Origin: Asterias rubens
Taxonomy: Eukaryota
Assembly: GCF_902459465.1 (NCBI RefSeq)
Contig: NC_047062.1
Location: forward strand, 30,938,001-31,002,000
Reading direction: 5' to 3'
DNA length: 64,000 nt
Positions 1 to 13,200 of the stretch are shown piece by piece (within the stretch, counting starts at the first letter, position 1; every line of letters begins with the position of its first letter). Under the pieces are notes generated by a model. It made no database searches and had not been told where the DNA came from. It saw only the letters and a program-made list of their open reading frames with translations. The translations under genes and the position numbers were made by a program.

Positions 1-35
1 CAGTTTTATTTATGAATTTTCTCCCACTTGTTTAG

Positions 36-1502
36 GAAGTCAAAGGTGGTGCAGCTAGACTCGAAGACATCGTCCTGACTGACATGACTGATCTGGATGT
101 CAGAAATGAGCTCATCTATTCCACAATTCGTGAGATCCGAGACGAGATCAACATCCCAGAGTCGGAGTTAGAGGAGCCTTACCTAATAGGACTGGCCAAA
201 AATAACACCAGCTCAGGACGACCAAGTGCTGAATTCTTTGTCAAGTATGTGTTGAACTTTTTCACACTTATCAGACTAAAGCACGGTTCATATTCCTGTG
301 AATGCGGTGCAAATTTTGACATCCCAGGGCAGCTAATATTTTGCAGGAGTTGAAGCACATTTCAATTAATGAGAATTATTCGGTGCAAATTTGTGACGTC
401 AAAATTCGTATCACATTCACATTCGAGTTTGAACCGGGCTCAAATCTAGAAGTTTGTTGAGAATAGTTTAAGAAAAACTGGGCCTTCTTTTTTGATCAAT
501 CAAACAAATAAATCTATATAATTTTTTTTATTTTGACACCCCACCACTGAAAATTGTTTTTGAAAGCCTGTTATGATATCAAACATTTTCTGAATTTGAC
601 TGAATTGGGTTCTACCAGCCAGCAAGAAATCTCTGATCTTTACTTAAATCCGCCCTTTGTCCATCTGCTTTTTGTTTTATCCTGGCCCGCTCTCCTTTAT
701 ACCAAGTGTTCATATAATGTCTTTGCTATTAAAATTACTTGACAGGTGCACATTACATTCTAGCAAAGTAATGGAGTTGTACAAAGCTGGTGGTGCAGAG
801 GCAGATGAATCAACTGGGCTGAAACTCGTCCCGCTAGCGGTAACTTTAATTTCTGTTTTTTCTTGACAAATCTGTTTCTGTTGTTTACTGAGTAGTACTG
901 GGTTAACTTAATGGCAGTGAGTTTACTCAGTAGTACTGAGTTTACTGACTATAGTGCTAAGTCAACTCAGTATTACTGAGTTAAGTGATGAGTAGCACTG
1001 AGTGGCACTGAGTAGCACTAAATACTGATTAGCACTAAATACTGATTTTACTAACTAGTGCTGAGTTAATTTAAAAGTAGATGAGTTTACTCAGTAGCAC
1101 TGAGATCAGTTTACTGACTTGCACTGAGTTAACTGAGTAGTACTGTAGTACTGAGGTAATAGAATAGTACTATTAAGTTTACTGAGTACTGAGTTTACTG
1201 AGTGGTACTGAGTTATACTAAGTAGAACTGAGTTAACTGAGTAGCACTCAGTTAATTGAGTAGTCCATTTACCGAGTCAACTGAATAGTACTGGCTTTAC
1301 TGACTTGTACTGAGTTTACTGACTTGTACTGAGTAGTACCGAGTTTACTGAGTAGTGCCAAATTGTTATTATATAAAACCATGACATTTTATTAATCCAT
1401 TTGCAGGAGGTGATGAGCATGGAAAACACTGATATGTGGAAGAAGATGGCACCATCTGCTAAAGGATGCGTCAAGATGTATACATTAATGATAGACTCAT
1501 AA
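36..1502 (+). CDS. NUDT22: Nudix hydrolase 22 (UDP-glucose pyrophosphatase NUDT22), last three exons; 5' part lies outside the window
   Basis: Exons 36-244, 746-839 and 1407-1502 splice in frame via GT-AG to ...ELIYSTIREIRDEINIPESELEEPYLIGLAKNNTSSGRPSAEFFVKCTLHSSKVMELYKAGGAEADESTGLKLVPLAEVMSMENTDMWKKMAPSAKGCVKMY...stop, matching the recalled human NUDT22 C-terminus (EICDEVNLP...[22 protein letters not shown]...GGPEAHESTG...LCPSAKG). Confidence 0.85.
885..1355. repeat. Degenerate low-complexity satellite built from ACTGAGT/AGTAGT/TTTACT units, filling most of the last NUDT22 intron
   Basis: Dozens of variants of tactgagtagtactgagtttactg visible directly. Confidence 0.85.
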
Positions 1503-3710
1503 TCAGATCTCATGACTTGGGCCCAATTTCATAAAGCCTGTGAACACACAAAACTTGCAAAGCACGGAGTAGTATCGCTTAGCAGAGACTGTTTACCAGC
1601 GGAGCCCATATTACATTAAGTTTGAATTGTTGTTGCTGGTGTCTGACTCAACTTTAAACTAGCAAAGACATTTGTCAAGCAGTATTTTCTGCTTAACAGC
1701 TTAATGACATTATGCCCAGACATGGTCATGACCTTTGAACTAGCTGCAATCAGTCCAAGCATCTGTCTCTCTAACTTAATTCTTCTTTCCATCTCTTCTC
1801 ATTTGCATGAACACACTTTTAGTTTATATTGTCTTTGGGTGAACTTTAAATAATTCACTCCCATAGGTGCAATTACAAGGGCATTGTTGGTTGAGGTTAC
1901 AACAGCTGTGTATATATTTATAGAAATATAGTTTTATTTTTGGTAGAACAAGGCTCAGTGCTTGTTAACAGCCGTATATATTATTATTATTATTATATAT
2001 GTTTTTGTTATTTCTTAAGTTAAACCCTCTTACTCAGTGGTAATAAACTATTTAAAAACAATTCAACTGCATGGGTTGTGCATGGTGGCACAAATTGGCA
2101 TAAAATAAACCACTTACACATGTGTTGGTGTGTAATTCTATGGCCAAATGATATATTGCATAGCTTGTCCATTACTCATGATCTTACTTAGTAAGTACTC
2201 AGGAGGAGGGTTAACATTTTTTAATTTTCTAATGATGTCAGTTTGGGAAAAAAAGACCAAGTGCCTTACTACATGTATGAAGAGTCAGGCAAAGAAACCA
2301 TATTTTTCCATTGTTAACATTCCAAAGGTGAGGATGTGCTTTATTTATTGTCTTCTTCTTCTTTCATTTTAAAGAGTTTAATAATGTGAGGTTTGTGGAT
2401 GACACCATGTGTATAGACCTCATTTTGAGTAGACAACTCAATGTCAAGTTACATAATAGCTCGATGATGAGTTTAGGCATGGAATTGAACCTAAAACTGA
2501 ACTGAATCTACTTGCTGCAAACTGCGTCACAATTGGTTAATTTTTTACAAGTGATGGTGAAAAGTAAAGTTTAATATTTGATAGCTATTTTTTTCTTCAA
2601 GTAAGGAACTTTGATATATTAAACGATGTGCAGTGCACTTCTACTTATAAATGTCCCCATGGCTTTCTGCCATTTTGGGATGGTCACATCATTGTATCTT
2701 TATAGTTTTATAGCAAATTAATTTTGTAGTGACTTATAAATTCACATGACTAATAAATAACACGGAATCAAAGTGAAATTTTAGAGTTTTGTTGTGTTCA
2801 GTTGTTTTGTGTAGATGGTTTTGGTTTGCTTTTAACAATGTTAACCTGGTTTTAGAGGGTTAATTTGTTGGAAGTGACCTCAAACTGATTGATTGGTAAA
2901 TGTTCCTTTTTGCTGTTGTTTTTGTTGTCTGTGTTGTATGTTAACCTCATTTTCCTGAAATACTGCAGGTACCCTATGGTTCTGATCATTTTTTGCACTG
3001 GCATTTAAAACTCAAATAGGTAAAAACAATTTAATTGAGAGAAAATTGTACAAAATAATCAATGCCAGAACCTAAACACAATAATTGTGCTCAATTAACA
3101 AAATTCAGCCGAATGCATTTTTTTAAAAGTAGGGTTTACTTTCATAGTTATTTGTCCTCTATAGAAATAGTGAACAGGTTGTTAAACTACTGGAACATCA
3201 AATAACAAAGGAAAACATGCTATAAATTATTTAGGAATTGAACATTTTGGAAGAGTGACAATGTCTGCTTGTAAACACACATAAAAGACATCCCAGAAAC
3301 TGTACCTATATTTGAGTTTTGATGGAGCTAAAATAATAGAAAATGTTTATAATTTGTACGTTAATTTGCCCAGATTATTTTAAGTATGTAGAAAAAAAAA
3401 CTAAATTCCCCCACATGAACAGGTGGTTTCTTTTACTTTATTAACGTCACGCGCATGATCGAAGTTATTTCATTTGAAGATGCAGGTAACCATTTCTCTT
3501 CAGTAAGAAAAAAAGTGCGAGGTGTTGTTTAATAATGTACCTCAAGTTATAAGACAAAGAAGCATTTTTTATCAATAACGTTAATTACAACAAACAACAA
3601 ACTGCAAACAATAATTTTCATCCCATCAAAGAAAAACACTCGGTGACCGCCGCGCATCTTGTGTGTGATGTGCCGCGAATTTTAATTATTCATTACTTGT
3701 CAATCATTTT

Positions 3711-3757
3711 GTGACGTCACACGTGGACCTTCCAAATAAGGCGAGTACTTCCCGCCC
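3711..3757. promoter_or_regulatory. Compact motif cluster upstream of BAZ1A: CRE palindrome, E-box, CArG box, E2F-like site
   Basis: GTGACGTCAC 3711-3720, CACGTG 3720-3725, CCAAATAAGG 3732-3741, TTCCCGCC 3749-3756; about 500 bp upstream of the ATG. Motif matches only, no functional data. Confidence 0.4.
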
Positions 3758-4262
3758 TCTTTACTCTCGATAGCCACTTCTGGTCTAAAACGCCACACCA
3801 AAAACTTCATAACTTTGCAATTAAGGCACCTGTTGTATTGCAAATTTGCAGGTATGTTTCGGGTAATGTGTCTGAGATCCTTGCCAAATTTCATGTCTGA
3901 GTAGTGTCTCTGTACGGAGTAATTAAATGTTTTATCTACCCTACCCCAAACTCAACTGGGATGTGGAATGCGTCATTGCACTTGCATAAAATATGAACGT
4001 TGGCGCTACTCCACACGACGAGGAGAGAAGTTGTTTTCAGACTGTCCAGAATTTCACCCTTTTTTCAGGCAAGTCTCCCATCATCCATGTCTTAAAACTA
4101 AGTAATCTGTATATTTATTTCTTCGTGACATGGCTGGTGGTCATTATGGGTTCTGTGTAACTTGAGATAGAGTGTTTTGGGTCATTCATAAAAGTATGTT
4201 TTCCCGGTCATTGTTTGTTTGCAGGTATTCCGTGTGAGTTGCAGATGGTCAGCGCATGAACG

Positions 4263-7200
4263 ATGCCTCTGCTTCGGCGCCGAGAATTCAAACCACTAAA
4301 ACCTCCACCAGATTTACATCCAACTGAGGAGGTTTTCGTCTGCAGACTCACCAATGAACTATTCAGGGATTACAAGTGAGTCTTCAAGATACTTAATACA
4401 CATTTCACACGTGTTTTCATTAGTTAGTAATCTTGTTACGTGAGGTTGAATATGGGTGGACCAATGTGTGTACAGTTCTTAAAATTGCGCCATTTTTGTT
4501 CAGCCAGGCTAGCTGGAAGCAGCAGTCCATGGCCGACTTCAGGCTTAGGCTTAACCGCATACACACGGGGTACACACACATGCCGTGTGTGGAGGTGCCG
4601 GGGGTTTTAGACTGAACGGTCTAGCATGTTTAGAGACGTTCAAAGGGTTACATGTTACATGGTTCTACTTTGCATTGTGTACTGTAGTAAGGCATGGCTT
4701 GCCTAAATAAAAGCAAGCAAGAATGTTTGGTTCTTGCTCTGTCTGTGTGTGTTGTTTTTAAATGTTGTTCGTTCACACTCACTGACTCAGGCAGGTGTGT
4801 TTGTTTCTGATCTGCCGGGTGGGGGTCTTGGTTGGTCATCTTTATTGGGTTGGGGGGGGGGGGGTACTCTCCTTGAGTCTTTAACTTGGATTTGGTGTAT
4901 GGAGGAAGGATGGTTGGGACGAAAGAAGCAAGAAGCAAAACAAGTTCCACCACAAAACCGTCCATGGCATGGCCATGTTGGATTTCTTTACTTACGAGAA
5001 GTTGACTTGGTTGGGGTGAACTTGGGTAGTTTATGTGGCAAGGGATCATTCGTACACCTTCATACACAGTACACTAGATTAATACTAATTCGAGCCACTG
5101 TGCCAATTATGTAACAATTAAAAAATAAATTTTATTGATTTTTGTGAAATTGTTGTTGTTTTGCTGTGTGGAAAAAGAGTTTCGTACAGGTTGTTTGAAT
5201 TAGAAAATATGCCAAACCCGACTGCCACTTTTTCACTCATTTTAATTTCCAAAAACATGTATTGTTTTACTAAAGAAGGTTTTGTTTTGGGTTATTTTTT
5301 ACTTATCCCAGTTAAGACTTTACTGCCATAATACATGATCTTACTATTAGGCTCATCAAGGGAAATATCAATCCCCCAGATTTCAATGCAAGAGTGGCCC
5401 AGTGTTAATGTACCAAGGTGTTGGTTTTTTATTTTGATATTGTGAGTTAGCTCCATCCATTTTAAACCACTGTTGTACAAGAAAGAAATCTGATTTTTGA
5501 CATGAAATTATTTACAAAACGTGTGTAACCCAAATTTAGGAATACCAGTAGTGGAACTTTAAACTTACATAAATTCTTGTCGTTTTGAATTTTTAGGGGG
5601 AATAGGTTAACAACTTATTGATCTTAATTATGTTGCTACCATCATGAAATTTTTCCCACCAAAAGATACAGAACCAAGGCGGTAAGGGAAAAAAGAAGTC
5701 TGACACCCTGCATACAACAGTGGCAATGGCAGTTATAATGTTTTCATCATGAAAAGAACCAGACTATCTTTTACTTCCAGCCTCGATTTGGTTACATTGG
5801 GCGAATGGAAAGGCCATACCATGATAAAGGTTTTAAATCAGTACAGGATTACAATAGGAGACTTGAGAGAAGCTGGCGGCAGCAGACATAACGGTCCTTT
5901 TTTTGCGGCTCTGAGCGTGTGCGCACCTGCTCAGTATTGAGCATAGTGTAGGTCTGAGAATGCGTACTACTGCGCAGAAAGGACGGTCTTAAAGTCTCCC
6001 ATTGATCTTTGTCAATGTGTATGTTTATTTTACTGGATTGGTCAAACGCTGGCGGACTAGTGAAATGACAAGCTAACTGGTCTTACTAGTTAGTCACTAA
6101 ATAAGTAAAGGGCAAAAAGTTGAAATAATTCACAGTTTCACACAACTTTTTTCTTTGTTTCTGCAGTGAGTTCTTCAAGCGGACGATTCTTTGCAACAGT
6201 CTAGTATGGAGTTGCAGCATGACAGGCAAGCCTGGCCTGACGTACCAGGAGGCTATAGAGAGTGAAGTCAAGGCTAAACGCTACCTGGCAAGTTTCCCTG
6301 TGTACTTAGAGGCACCCGTACTGTACCTTGTGACCCTCACCAAGAGAGGGCGCTTAGCTGACCTCTGCGATGATGTATTTGTCTTCTCGAGGGATCGCTA
6401 CTTTATTGGAGAGATTGTGGATGTGTCTCATAAGGGGACAAGGTAAGTACGGAGGTTGTGGACGAACATTTCTCTTAACAAAATATTGTGTTTGTGTACC
6501 TTGCCCGGTTGCACATCCTTGCAACACCGAGAGAAAATTGCTGTTCTTAGGGAAAACCTGAGGGAGGATTCCGCTGTGCCTCATAGCTCAGTTGGTAGAG
6601 CATTTGCCTCGAGTGTCGGGGGTCTTGGGTTCACATCCTATCTTGGCTCTGTAGCGATTTTGTAAAGATATACACCCATTATTACTAATTTGTTCTTTTA
6701 GTATCGTTTCCTTTCAACTCGGAGACAAGTTGCATGATGATTTATCTTGAGTTCTTGTTCAGATTGTCTCAAAGTTTAAATTTTTGTTGATCATGCAGGG
6801 AAACATGTCGAGTTGTGAGAGTTGTACCCCCGGTCGCCAATGACGAGTTGGCGAACGGTGAGTCAAGCGACAACGACGATGTCATCCTCGTTGATGACGA
6901 CGGGCAGGAAGAAGTACTCAAGATGGGCTCACCAAAATCCAGGTAAGGGCAGAATGGTAGATGAGAAATTAGCCGTCGCAAACTGCTTACCAACCAAAAG
7001 GACCATTGGCATAATTGCAAAAAATTAGTCAATGGTCTGAAGTTTTGACCCAAGCAGAGTCTTTCTCGAAGGATAAAGAGAAAGCCTTTGAGATAGCCTT
7101 TAGAAAGACTCTGCTAGGATTGAAATGTCAGGCCATTAACTACTTTTTTGCAGAATGGTAGATAAAAAGTAAAATAAATGCAAAAATTTAAACACAACAC

Positions 7201-10200
7201 CCTTCCAGCTATGAAATGGTAAAGCCCTCCGCCTCCCTCGGGTAAACAACTCCTTATAAGGGAATGCTGTGCGCGTCGCGCGTATTGCGTGATGTGGCAC
7301 AACTGTTTCAGCCGTTGCTCTCGACCAAAAGGAATAAAAGAAACTGTCTTATAAGAACAGGTGCAAGGTCGCGTGTCACGCCCATGAATTAACCGGTCAT
7401 AAACAAAGGTTTATACACACCCACGTGACGCGCTCTCCACCAATAGGAAAAGCGAAACTGAATATTTTTTGAAAGATGAAAGGTAGATGAAAGGTAGATG
7501 AGCACATTTATTACAAGCCTTGAAATAACCCACGTCACTCGCAGCAATTGGCCCTGTGCTTTTGCTGTGGTGCCCTCAGCAAGGTTCCAATGCAACTTAC
7601 ATTTTCCCCGTAGAGAAGTGCCCTTACGAGAGGACATTTTAATGTCTGCTTCGTGAAAATGTAAAACCATTTGTTTTTTCCTGTTAGGCCCCGTCCTCCA
7701 CAGTGTCTAGACTCGAACGACTACAAGTACGTGGTAATGTCTCTACAAGGCAACGGCACCTATCAAGTGGAGTACAAGAACATTGGGTTAGTGATATATA
7801 AACTATAACAATATCATCGGAAGTCTTATATAGCGCCGGTATCTACCAACAAGGTACTCAAGGCACTTTGAATATACAGAAAGAGAGGTTATTGAAAGTT
7901 AAGAATACTGTGACCCAATTATGTAGCACCTTTGTTTACAAGGCATTTATCCGCCAGGAACACCAGGGTTCTTTTACATGCGTTACACAACACATGGGAC
8001 CAACGGCTTTATGTCCAATTCGAAGGACGAAGCAATGGTTAAGTGTCTTGCTTAAGGACACAAGTGTCGGGGCTGGGCCACGACACTTCCATATTGTCTA
8101 TCCTTCTACACAAATTGACAGAAAATGATGAAACGGCAGGCCTGGAATGCTCAATATGATGGTGAAAAATTCACCCCTGTATTCCAAGTTTGAAAAAGTG
8201 GAAAAACTGACGACTTTGTAAAAGCGTCTTTTGTTCCAGGTACTTAATACATGGAACATCAACAACAAAAAATATCCCATTACACTGTACACTGTTTACT
8301 CGGTAATTATCCCTGAATTCTGTGAAAACCCCACAGGCTATCACTCTGGTGGGATTCAAACCCATGACCTTTGCATTGCTTAATTGAGCAGATGTCTTGC
8401 CACTAGACCACCGAGCCAAATCTTTAAACACTGATAAAAAATGTTGTTTTGATGAACTTATTTGCAGGAGGAAAAAGGGTCTTTTCACACGTGATAAGAA
8501 CAAACTATTCTTGAAGCAGCATTGCGCCATTGTCAACCATGTCTGGTGTGTTAAGGTAAGATATTTGTTGCACCCACTGTCAAAATCAGGTAATAATGTT
8601 GAAGCACCATGAGCGTCACTGCGTGATGGACCTGATGGCTATATAAGAAGCCACTATTATTTATGATTGTTTGTTTATCTTGACAGCGCGAGTACAAAGC
8701 CAAGTACAGTCTAAACAACAAGAGTTTCAAGGACTTCTACGGCGGGCCGCAGCCTCAATTTGTCTTCTCACCCGGGAAGAGAACCTGGAAGTGCAGCACG
8801 GAGATTGTGTCGTCGGAAGATGAGGACGATGATCTGCCTCTCTGTGAAGTCAAGAAGAAGGCTCAAGCCAAGCAGTTCAGAGACGGCAAACCAAAGAAAG
8901 AGGGATCTGGTGAGTAGATACATGGCTCGAAATGTACACTAGATGAACGCTGGTCCGCAGGCATTGGGCCAGTAAACTTATGAACGTCCGGCGGTCTTTG
9001 ACTAATATAAACACCACTGCATTTTTATTTTATATTGTTCAATTCCATTGAGTATTGATGTGTTACCCTTGCAGATATATGAGGTAAATTTTCTCTTAGT
9101 GCTTGTTCCAAAAACAGCTCAAATGTAAAACTGTGTTGATAGTATATGGAAATGTGTTGATAGTGTTCTTCTCATATCTGGTCTTGTATGCTTCTTACAC
9201 AATTCATATCAGATTTGTATTAAAGACAGTGGACACTATAGGTAATTGTCAAAGACTAGTCTTCACAGTTGGTGTATCTCAACATATGCATAAAATATCA
9301 AAGCTGTGAAAATTTGAGCTCAATCGGTCATCGAAGTTGCGAGATAATAATGAAAGAAAAAACACTCTTGTCACACGAAGTTGTGTGCGTTTAGATGGTT
9401 GATTTCGAGACCTCAAGTTCTAAATCTGAGGTCTCAAAATCAAATTCGTGGAAAATTACTTCTTTCTCGTAAACTACGTCACTTCAGAGGGAGCCGTTTC
9501 TCACAATGTTTTATACAATCAACCTCTCCCCATTACTTATCACCAAGAAAGATTTTTATGCTAATAATTATTTTGAGTAATTACCAATAGTGTCCACTGC
9601 CTTTAACCCATTAAGAAAGTAGGCATCTATAAACACAACTCATCTGTAAATTTGAGTGAAATAGTGTTTGTTATCAAAAATTAGAAAAACAACGACAGAG
9701 ATCTCCTCCGTCTGAGCCGAAGAAACCCAAGATGACAATGGAGGAGAGAGAAGCTATCCGAGAGAGAATCCGCCAAGAGAAGATGATGATCAAGGAGCAA
9801 CTCATCCTAGAGAGAGCCCAGGCTAGGGAGACCCTTAGACTGCAGAGGCTGGGCGAGAAAGAGGCAAGAAAAGAACAGATGAGGAAGATCATGGAGGAAG
9901 ACCGTCTCAAGAAAATGAAGGTATGAAAGTTCATCAACAAGTGGCCTGATACTTCATGGAGGCAACGGAGGTGATTGCCTCCGTTGCCCCTTGCCATTGC
10001 CTTGGTGCCTTGTTATCCTACAGGCATATCCAGCTTTTGGGGGATGATTTCTAAGCATCTATACATTGTTTTAGGTTATGAATAATGATTTTGTTCTTCA
10101 CTTTTTAGGAACGTGAAGCCTTGCGAGAGGAAAAGCGCATCCAAGACGAACACATGAGGGAGTTTAATCGTACAAGAGACGATCTGGAATGCGATGACCT

Positions 10201-13200
10201 CAAGGTAAGGTCACAACTTGTTAACATAAACACCCCTGTACATTTGTGGACTGTGTGTTATGCATTCGCCAAATAATGTCATATTGCAGGCTGAGTGGAT
10301 GTTATTGAATGGTCAGACAGTAGGAGGGTTGACTGTGTACCATGTAGATATATTCAACACATGATATCATATTGTTGGCTGGCATGGTTTATGTATCAAT
10401 CAAAACCACAATGGATGATATTGAATTGTCAGACAGTAGGAGGGTTGACTGTGTACCATGTAGATATATTCAACACATGATATCATATTGTTGGCTGGCA
10501 TGGTTTATGTATCAATCAAAACCACAATGGATGATATTGAATGGTCAGACAGTAGGAGGGTTGACTGTGTACCATGTAGATATATTCAACACATGATATG
10601 ATATTGTTGGCTGGCATGGTTTATGTATCAATCAAAACCCCAATGGATGATATTGAATGGTCAGACAGTAGGAGGGTTGACTGTGTACCATGTAGATGCA
10701 TTCAACACATGATATCATATTGTTGGCTGACATGGTTTATGTATCAATCAAAACCACTGTGGGATGACATTGAATGGTCAGACAGTAGGAGGGTCAACAG
10801 AATCTAACTACATATCAAAGTAACTGTTAAGAAATTTGATTGTGTTAATGTGTGACTCCACTCCCATCCCACACTGCAGGATCTTCCGTGGCCAACACCT
10901 GTGAATATGAAGCTACCTCATGAGTTATTTGGTGACATGGTCATGCTGATGGAGTTCATGTATCACTTTAAGGACTACCTGGGTTTCAGTGATGACTTCC
11001 CTGATGGAATCACGCTTGGTGAGTACTCTTTCTAACAATCGTCATTGTCAGGTTTTTTTTGTACAAATCGAAATATCAGAAATTCAATATCGAGTGTATT
11101 CGATATTGATTATATCCCGTGTGCAAGATGAAGCCTAAAAACACTGCCAAAAAATACTCAAGCTAAATATACAAATTGCTCTGTCCGCCTGCTTGGTTTT
11201 GGTTTGCAATTATTATTACAGTTGCCGCTTCCGCTTGCTAGTCTGAGGAATTCAAATGTAAGCGATTAACTTGTGACCAAGTAAGTCATTTTACTATACA
11301 TTATTCAAATCTGACTTGCAAACGGCTCATTAGGACACTGCCATATTACCTTCTTGTGAACCAACTAACAGGCCTTGAACTTTGCTCATGAAGGGGCACA
11401 GAAATGTTCCTCTGGTAAGATGAACTTCTACGACAGAAATTACAAAGGATCATTGCAAAGGGCATTACAGCAAAAGCACAGGGCACTTGCTGTATGCAGG
11501 CCTGATGCTTCACAGAGGCGATGAGGGCAATTGCCTCACTGCCCCCTGGTCTTGCCTTGGTGCCCTGGAAATGCTGACAGTAGAAACTTACAATATCCTC
11601 ATAGGGTGCCTTTTACCAAGGAGAAAATGCATTGGTGCCCTTTCCCTTTCAAAAATGAAGCTTGCAGGACTGTGTATGTGTCGCGGGTTGGTTCCAGGCC
11701 CGAAGTCAAACTTAACCAGTCTTGTTCTACTTAAAACAGAGCAATTGGAGGAGAGCTTGATCAGTAATAAGGTGGAAGGATTATTCTACGACCTCGTTAA
11801 CAGTCTCCTGACGGCGATCTTCAGGATGCAGGAAGAGGAAGAAGAGGATGAGAAGGTGGATCTTAAGGAACAGGAACACGATGCAACGTCAAGTAAGAGA
11901 AAACAAAATTGTTTGTTTAAATTTATATTTAAATGCTTTTCAGGAAAAATTTTGCAAAGTTTCAGATCAATGGGCCACTCGAGTTGAGGGCTATAAGGAA
12001 ATGAAATACCAAGTTGAGGTGTGCCACATTTCCTTTGTACTGCTAGAAATTAATCCATTTATACCCCTGGAACAATTGTCAAGGTTTTCAAACATTTTTT
12101 TCAAGGACCCAGTTTTATTGATTTTCTTTGCAGCTGATTTGGCGGAAACTTTAGGTGACGATGACCCAACCTATGCAGCCATGACAAAAGCAGCAACTTC
12201 AGCTATGATCTGGCCACAAATACATCAAGGTGAGTAGATTGTCAGACATTCGTGCAGAAACTCAGCATTAGAGTTGAAAGATTCTCTTTGTTGAGAAATA
12301 TTTGCCTTGTAGGTCCTTCTTAGGCGTTTTCAAGTAATAAACCACAAGGGTGCTTATGATTTATTTGGTATTTGTTCCAACCAGGTACACTTCTACGCCA
12401 GTTGCCCATTGATTCTACAACAATCTCAGAAGTCTTGCGTCTTCATTTCTTATCGTCTGGTTCCCGTACCACATCTGAGAACACCAAGTGGCGCTGGCAA
12501 CAGAGGGGTGGCTTCAGTCCCCATGATGATCCTGGGCTGGAGTTCCGTATGCAAGACCCTGACATCTTGAAGACATTGACGACTGGAAACATGTTTGATC
12601 TGAGTCCTGGTAAGTCTGATCGATTTGAAAATCTAGAGCAGTTCTGATACTTCTCGGAGGCGTACATAGAGCTACGTTTGTACAGCGCACGGGATGGGCC
12701 GATGAGCAACCTTCTTATGAGAGTTGGATGCGAGGGGAGGATTTCCTTTGGAGAAGCAATCACCACATGATATCACATTCAAAAGTGTTGAAAAGTGTTG
12801 AAACATTGGTGTGACACGCGAGCTTGCACCTGTGCCTATAAGACACTTCATTCCTATTGGTCGAGAGCAACGGCTGAAACAGTTGTGCAACATTTCGTCT
12901 TGGTAAAATTATCAAGTCCAAACCACTAGTTTAAACCACTTATTATTATTATTATTATTATAACTTTTTGTGTATTTGTTTATGGCAGCATCCAAAATGA
13001 AGATCCTGACCTCTGTCTGTGGCCAGTTGCTGAGCTATGTAACAATGCGGGACATTATTGAAGAAAGCTTGGAGACATTCCAGACCTCTCGTAAGGAGTG
13101 GAGAGAACTTGCAAGACTGGAGCTGAGAAGAGAGCGTGAAGAGGCAACAGCCAGGTAAATAGAGAACCGATTACGAAGCTTTGATTACAAATCAATGTCT

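Noticed and set aside
6578-6648. Functional tRNA gene
   Set aside because: B-box is mutated (GGTTCACATCC), the acceptor and anticodon stems do not pair properly, and no clear T-run terminator follows.
9381-9590. Recurring 60-90 aa ORFs (also 32276-32515, 33578-33992, 46338-46613, 51309-51554) as a small gene family
   Set aside because: All lie inside copies of the same non-autonomous TTAA MITE; frames and stops differ between copies and there is no transposase similarity.
10290-10800. Regularly spaced direct repeats (also 17440-18110, 54440-55090, 61820-62330) as CRISPR arrays
   Set aside because: Units repeat in full with no unique spacers, no cas genes are present, and the context is spliceosomal introns.
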